Shown piece by piece: positions 62,061 through 64,000 of a stretch of 64,000 nt of DNA. Origin of the DNA: Candidatus Omnitrophota bacterium (GTDB taxonomy: Bacteria > Omnitrophota > Gorgyraeia > Gygaellales > Profunditerraquicolaceae); the NCBI GenBank assembly GCA_023227985.1, contig JALOCB010000003.1, forward strand, positions 5,260 through 69,259. The letters run 5' to 3'. Position numbers and translations under genes: made by a program. Position 1 is the stretch's first letter, and every line of letters starts with the position of its first letter. The notes beneath the pieces are model-generated. The model was not told the DNA's origin and ran no database searches. It saw only the letters and a program-made list of their open reading frames with translations.

Positions 62061-62549
62061 ATGATGGACGAGATATTGGAGATATTGGAGAAAGACTGCC
62101 GGACTACCAGCGAAGAGATAGCCAAGATGCTGAAGAAAAAACCGGCTGAGGTGAAAAAGGCGGTAGCCAAATATGAAAAGGACGGAGTGATCCTCAAGTA
62201 TAAGGCGGTCATCAACCGGGAATTGGTCCGCGATTCCGATAATGAGGTCCGGGCGCTGATCGAGGTAAATCTTATACCCCAGAAGGATGTGGGTTTTGAT
62301 AAGATCGCCGAACGGATATACCTCTTCCCGGAAGTTTCAAGCTGTTTTTTGCTTTCCGGGACATATGACCTTTTGTTGATCGTAAGGGGCAAAGATATCC
62401 ATACTGTTTCCAGGTTCATCTCCGAAAAGCTTTCCCCGATGGAAAATGTCAGAGGCGTGGTCACGCATTTTTTGCTGAAGAAATACAAGGAAGACGGAGT
62501 GATCTTAAAACAAAAAGAGGATAATAAAAGGATAGCTATTTCGTATTAA
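62061..62549 (+). CDS. Lrp/AsnC-family transcriptional regulator
   Basis: N-terminal HTH ILEILEKDCRTTSEEIAKML plus a RAM-like C-terminal domain. Confidence 0.75.
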   Translation: MMDEILEILEKDCRTTSEEIAKMLKKKPAEVKKAVAKYEKDGVILKYKAVINRELVRDSDNEVRALIEVNLIPQKDVGFDKIAERIYLFPEVSSCFLLSGTYDLLLIVRGKDIHTVSRFISEKLSPMENVRGVVTHFLLKKYKEDGVILKQKEDNKRIAISY

Positions 62550-62564
62550 AGCGCGGGTAATCTT

Positions 62565-63728
62565 ATGAATAAAAATATTGTCGCCACAAAAGTCGAGCAG
62601 ATGCAGCCCTCAGGCATACGGGTATTCTTTGACCTTGTCCTGGGTATGAAGGATATTATATCCCTGGGTGTGGGAGAGCCGGATTTTGTCACGCCGTGGC
62701 AGATCCGTGAAGCAGGGATCACTTCCCTTGAAGAAGGCTTTACCTCGTATACCTCGAATAAGGGGCTGTATAAGCTGCGTCTGTCGATCAGCCGCCACCT
62801 GAAGAATAAATACGGACTGGAATATTCGCCTGACGACGAGATATTGGTTACCGTGGGCGTAAGCGAAGGGATCGATTTGGCTTTGCGCACGATCGTCAAC
62901 CCCGGGGATAAGATCCTGGTGCCGAGGCCGGGTTATGTCTCTTACGGCCCGATGGCTGAGCTTGCGGGCGGGATACCGGTATATATCGACACTTCCAAAG
63001 ACGGGTTCAAGCTGACCCCGGAGAATATTTCTCGGTGCATCGACAAAAAGACCAAAGGCATCATCCTGAATTATCCCGTTAATCCCACCGGGGTTTCTTA
63101 TACCCGAAAGGAGCTGGAGGCGATAAAAAAGGTCCTGTTAAAGCACGGTATTTTATGTATGTCGGATGAGATCTATAGTGATCTCACCTACGATTTTGAG
63201 CATATCTCTTTCCCGTCGTTGAGCGGGGCAAAGGAAAACACCGTTTATTTCAACGGATTCTCTAAAAGTTTTGCCATGACCGGCTGGCGCGTGGGGTATG
63301 CCTGCGGGCCCAAGGCGATTATCGACGCGATGACTAAGATACATCAATATACGATAATGTGCGTGCCTATTACCAGCCAGATGGCGGCATGCGAGGCGTT
63401 GCAGACAGGTAAGCGGTCTGTCGAAGAAATGAAGCGGGAATATAAGCGAAGGCGGGAATTCGTTTTTAGCGAACTTAACCGTATCGGATTAACCTGTTCC
63501 AAGCCCCAGGGCGCATTTTACGCTTTCGCCTCGGTGAAGAAGACCGGCATGCACTGCATGGATTTTGCCAGGAAACTGCTGGCTGAGCAGAAAGTCGCGG
63601 TTGTCCCCGGGACAGCTTTCGGGGAGCAATTCACGGATTTTATCCGTATCTCATACGCCTCGAGTTTTGATAATCTTAAAGAGGCGTTCAGCCGGATGGC
63701 CGCGTGCATGGCGGACATTAAAAGATAA
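62565..63728 (+). CDS. Class I/II pyridoxal-phosphate aminotransferase (aspartate/aromatic type)
   Basis: LGVGEPDF, NPTG, PLP-Lys motif GFSKSFAMTGWRVGY. Confidence 0.85.
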   Translation: MNKNIVATKVEQMQPSGIRVFFDLVLGMKDIISLGVGEPDFVTPWQIREAGITSLEEGFTSYTSNKGLYKLRLSISRHLKNKYGLEYSPDDEILVTVGVSEGIDLALRTIVNPGDKILVPRPGYVSYGPMAELAGGIPVYIDTSKDGFKLTPENISRCIDKKTKGIILNYPVNPTGVSYTRKELEAIKKVLLKHGILCMSDEIYSDLTYDFEHISFPSLSGAKENTVYFNGFSKSFAMTGWRVGYACGPKAIIDAMTKIHQYTIMCVPITSQMAACEALQTGKRSVEEMKREYKRRREFVFSELNRIGLTCSKPQGAFYAFASVKKTGMHCMDFARKLLAEQKVAVVPGTAFGEQFTDFIRISYASSFDNLKEAFSRMAACMADIKR

Positions 63729-63774
63729 TTTATACCCGAACTCAATGGAGAGGGCGGTGTTGCGATGAGATCTG

Positions 63775-63806
63775 ACACCCGGCGCAATTGGAATATGCGC
63801 CGGTGT
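63775..63806 (+). terminator. Hairpin between the aminotransferase gene and glnA (weak terminator or attenuator candidate)
   Basis: ACACCCGGCGCA / TGCGCCGGTGT with a 9-nt loop. No clean T-tract follows. Confidence 0.3.
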
Positions 63807-63831
63807 TGATTCTCTAATCAAGGAGGGTTCA

Positions 63832-64000
63832 GTGGCTAAGATGACCAATCAGGAGATACTGAAGATAGTCAAGGAGCGCAAGATAAAGTTTATCCGCTTA
63901 TGTTTCACCGATGTCCTGGGTTTTTTGAAAGGGTTTGCTATTACCCCTGATGAATTGCCCGGTGCATTGGAAGAGGGAATGGGATTTGACGGTTCGTCGA
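63832..64000 (+). CDS. glnA: Glutamine synthetase type I, 5' fragment (runs off the window; start is GTG 63832 or ATG 63841)
   Basis: RBS AGGAGGG at 63821-63827. ..EILKIVKERKIKFIRLCFTDVLGFLKGF matches the GlnA beta-grasp N-terminus. Confidence 0.7.
   Translation, partial: MAKMTNQEILKIVKERKIKFIRLCFTDVLGFLKGFAITPDELPGALEEGMGFDGSS

Overview
This 64-kb window looks like bacterial chromosome: moderate GC, GGAGG-type ribosome-binding sites, and anaerobe-style content (Rnf complex, PPi-type glycolysis, class II NrdJ). Two things stand out. (1) The first 17.3 kb holds three consecutive plus-strand giant ORFs of at least 1588, 2590 and 1507 codons. Between them they carry readable catalytic signatures for seven glycolytic steps: class II FBA, PPi-PFK and GAPDH-like in the first; a PPDK/PpsA-family dikinase in the second; TPI, PGK and enolase in the third. 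These enzyme domains sit inside shared non-enzymatic modules. One is a conserved hydrophobic N-terminal leader (RGYA..NLRPAxVK..KDGG). Another is a conserved C-terminal module of about 200 aa ending ..DLTSQISxxPxxKVSEEVxKAQxTYEETxxKI. There are also recurring linker motifs and degenerate partial duplicates of the catalytic domains. The cistrons are separated by conserved hairpins with a 17-bp stem and 21-nt loop. I do not know of a described system like this. (2) On the minus strand, an initiator tRNA-fMet gene (29369..30067) is split in its anticodon loop by a 625-nt group I intron. The intron carries a PD-(D/E)XK-type homing endonuclease ORF that is broken by a frameshift. The rest is ordinary: a sugar ABC-uptake and glycoside-hydrolase locus, eno-ftsB, ftsH, purN, an MFS gene followed by rnfC-G-D-E-A-B, tRNA-Thr(CGU), ROK and LacI regulators, nrdJ behind tandem NrdR boxes, apgM, mnmG, a MoxR-DUF58 operon with Ig-like partners, a Na/Pi cotransporter, nadE, lrp, an aminotransferase and the start of glnA. 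All calls come from reading the motifs by eye; no database search was possible.
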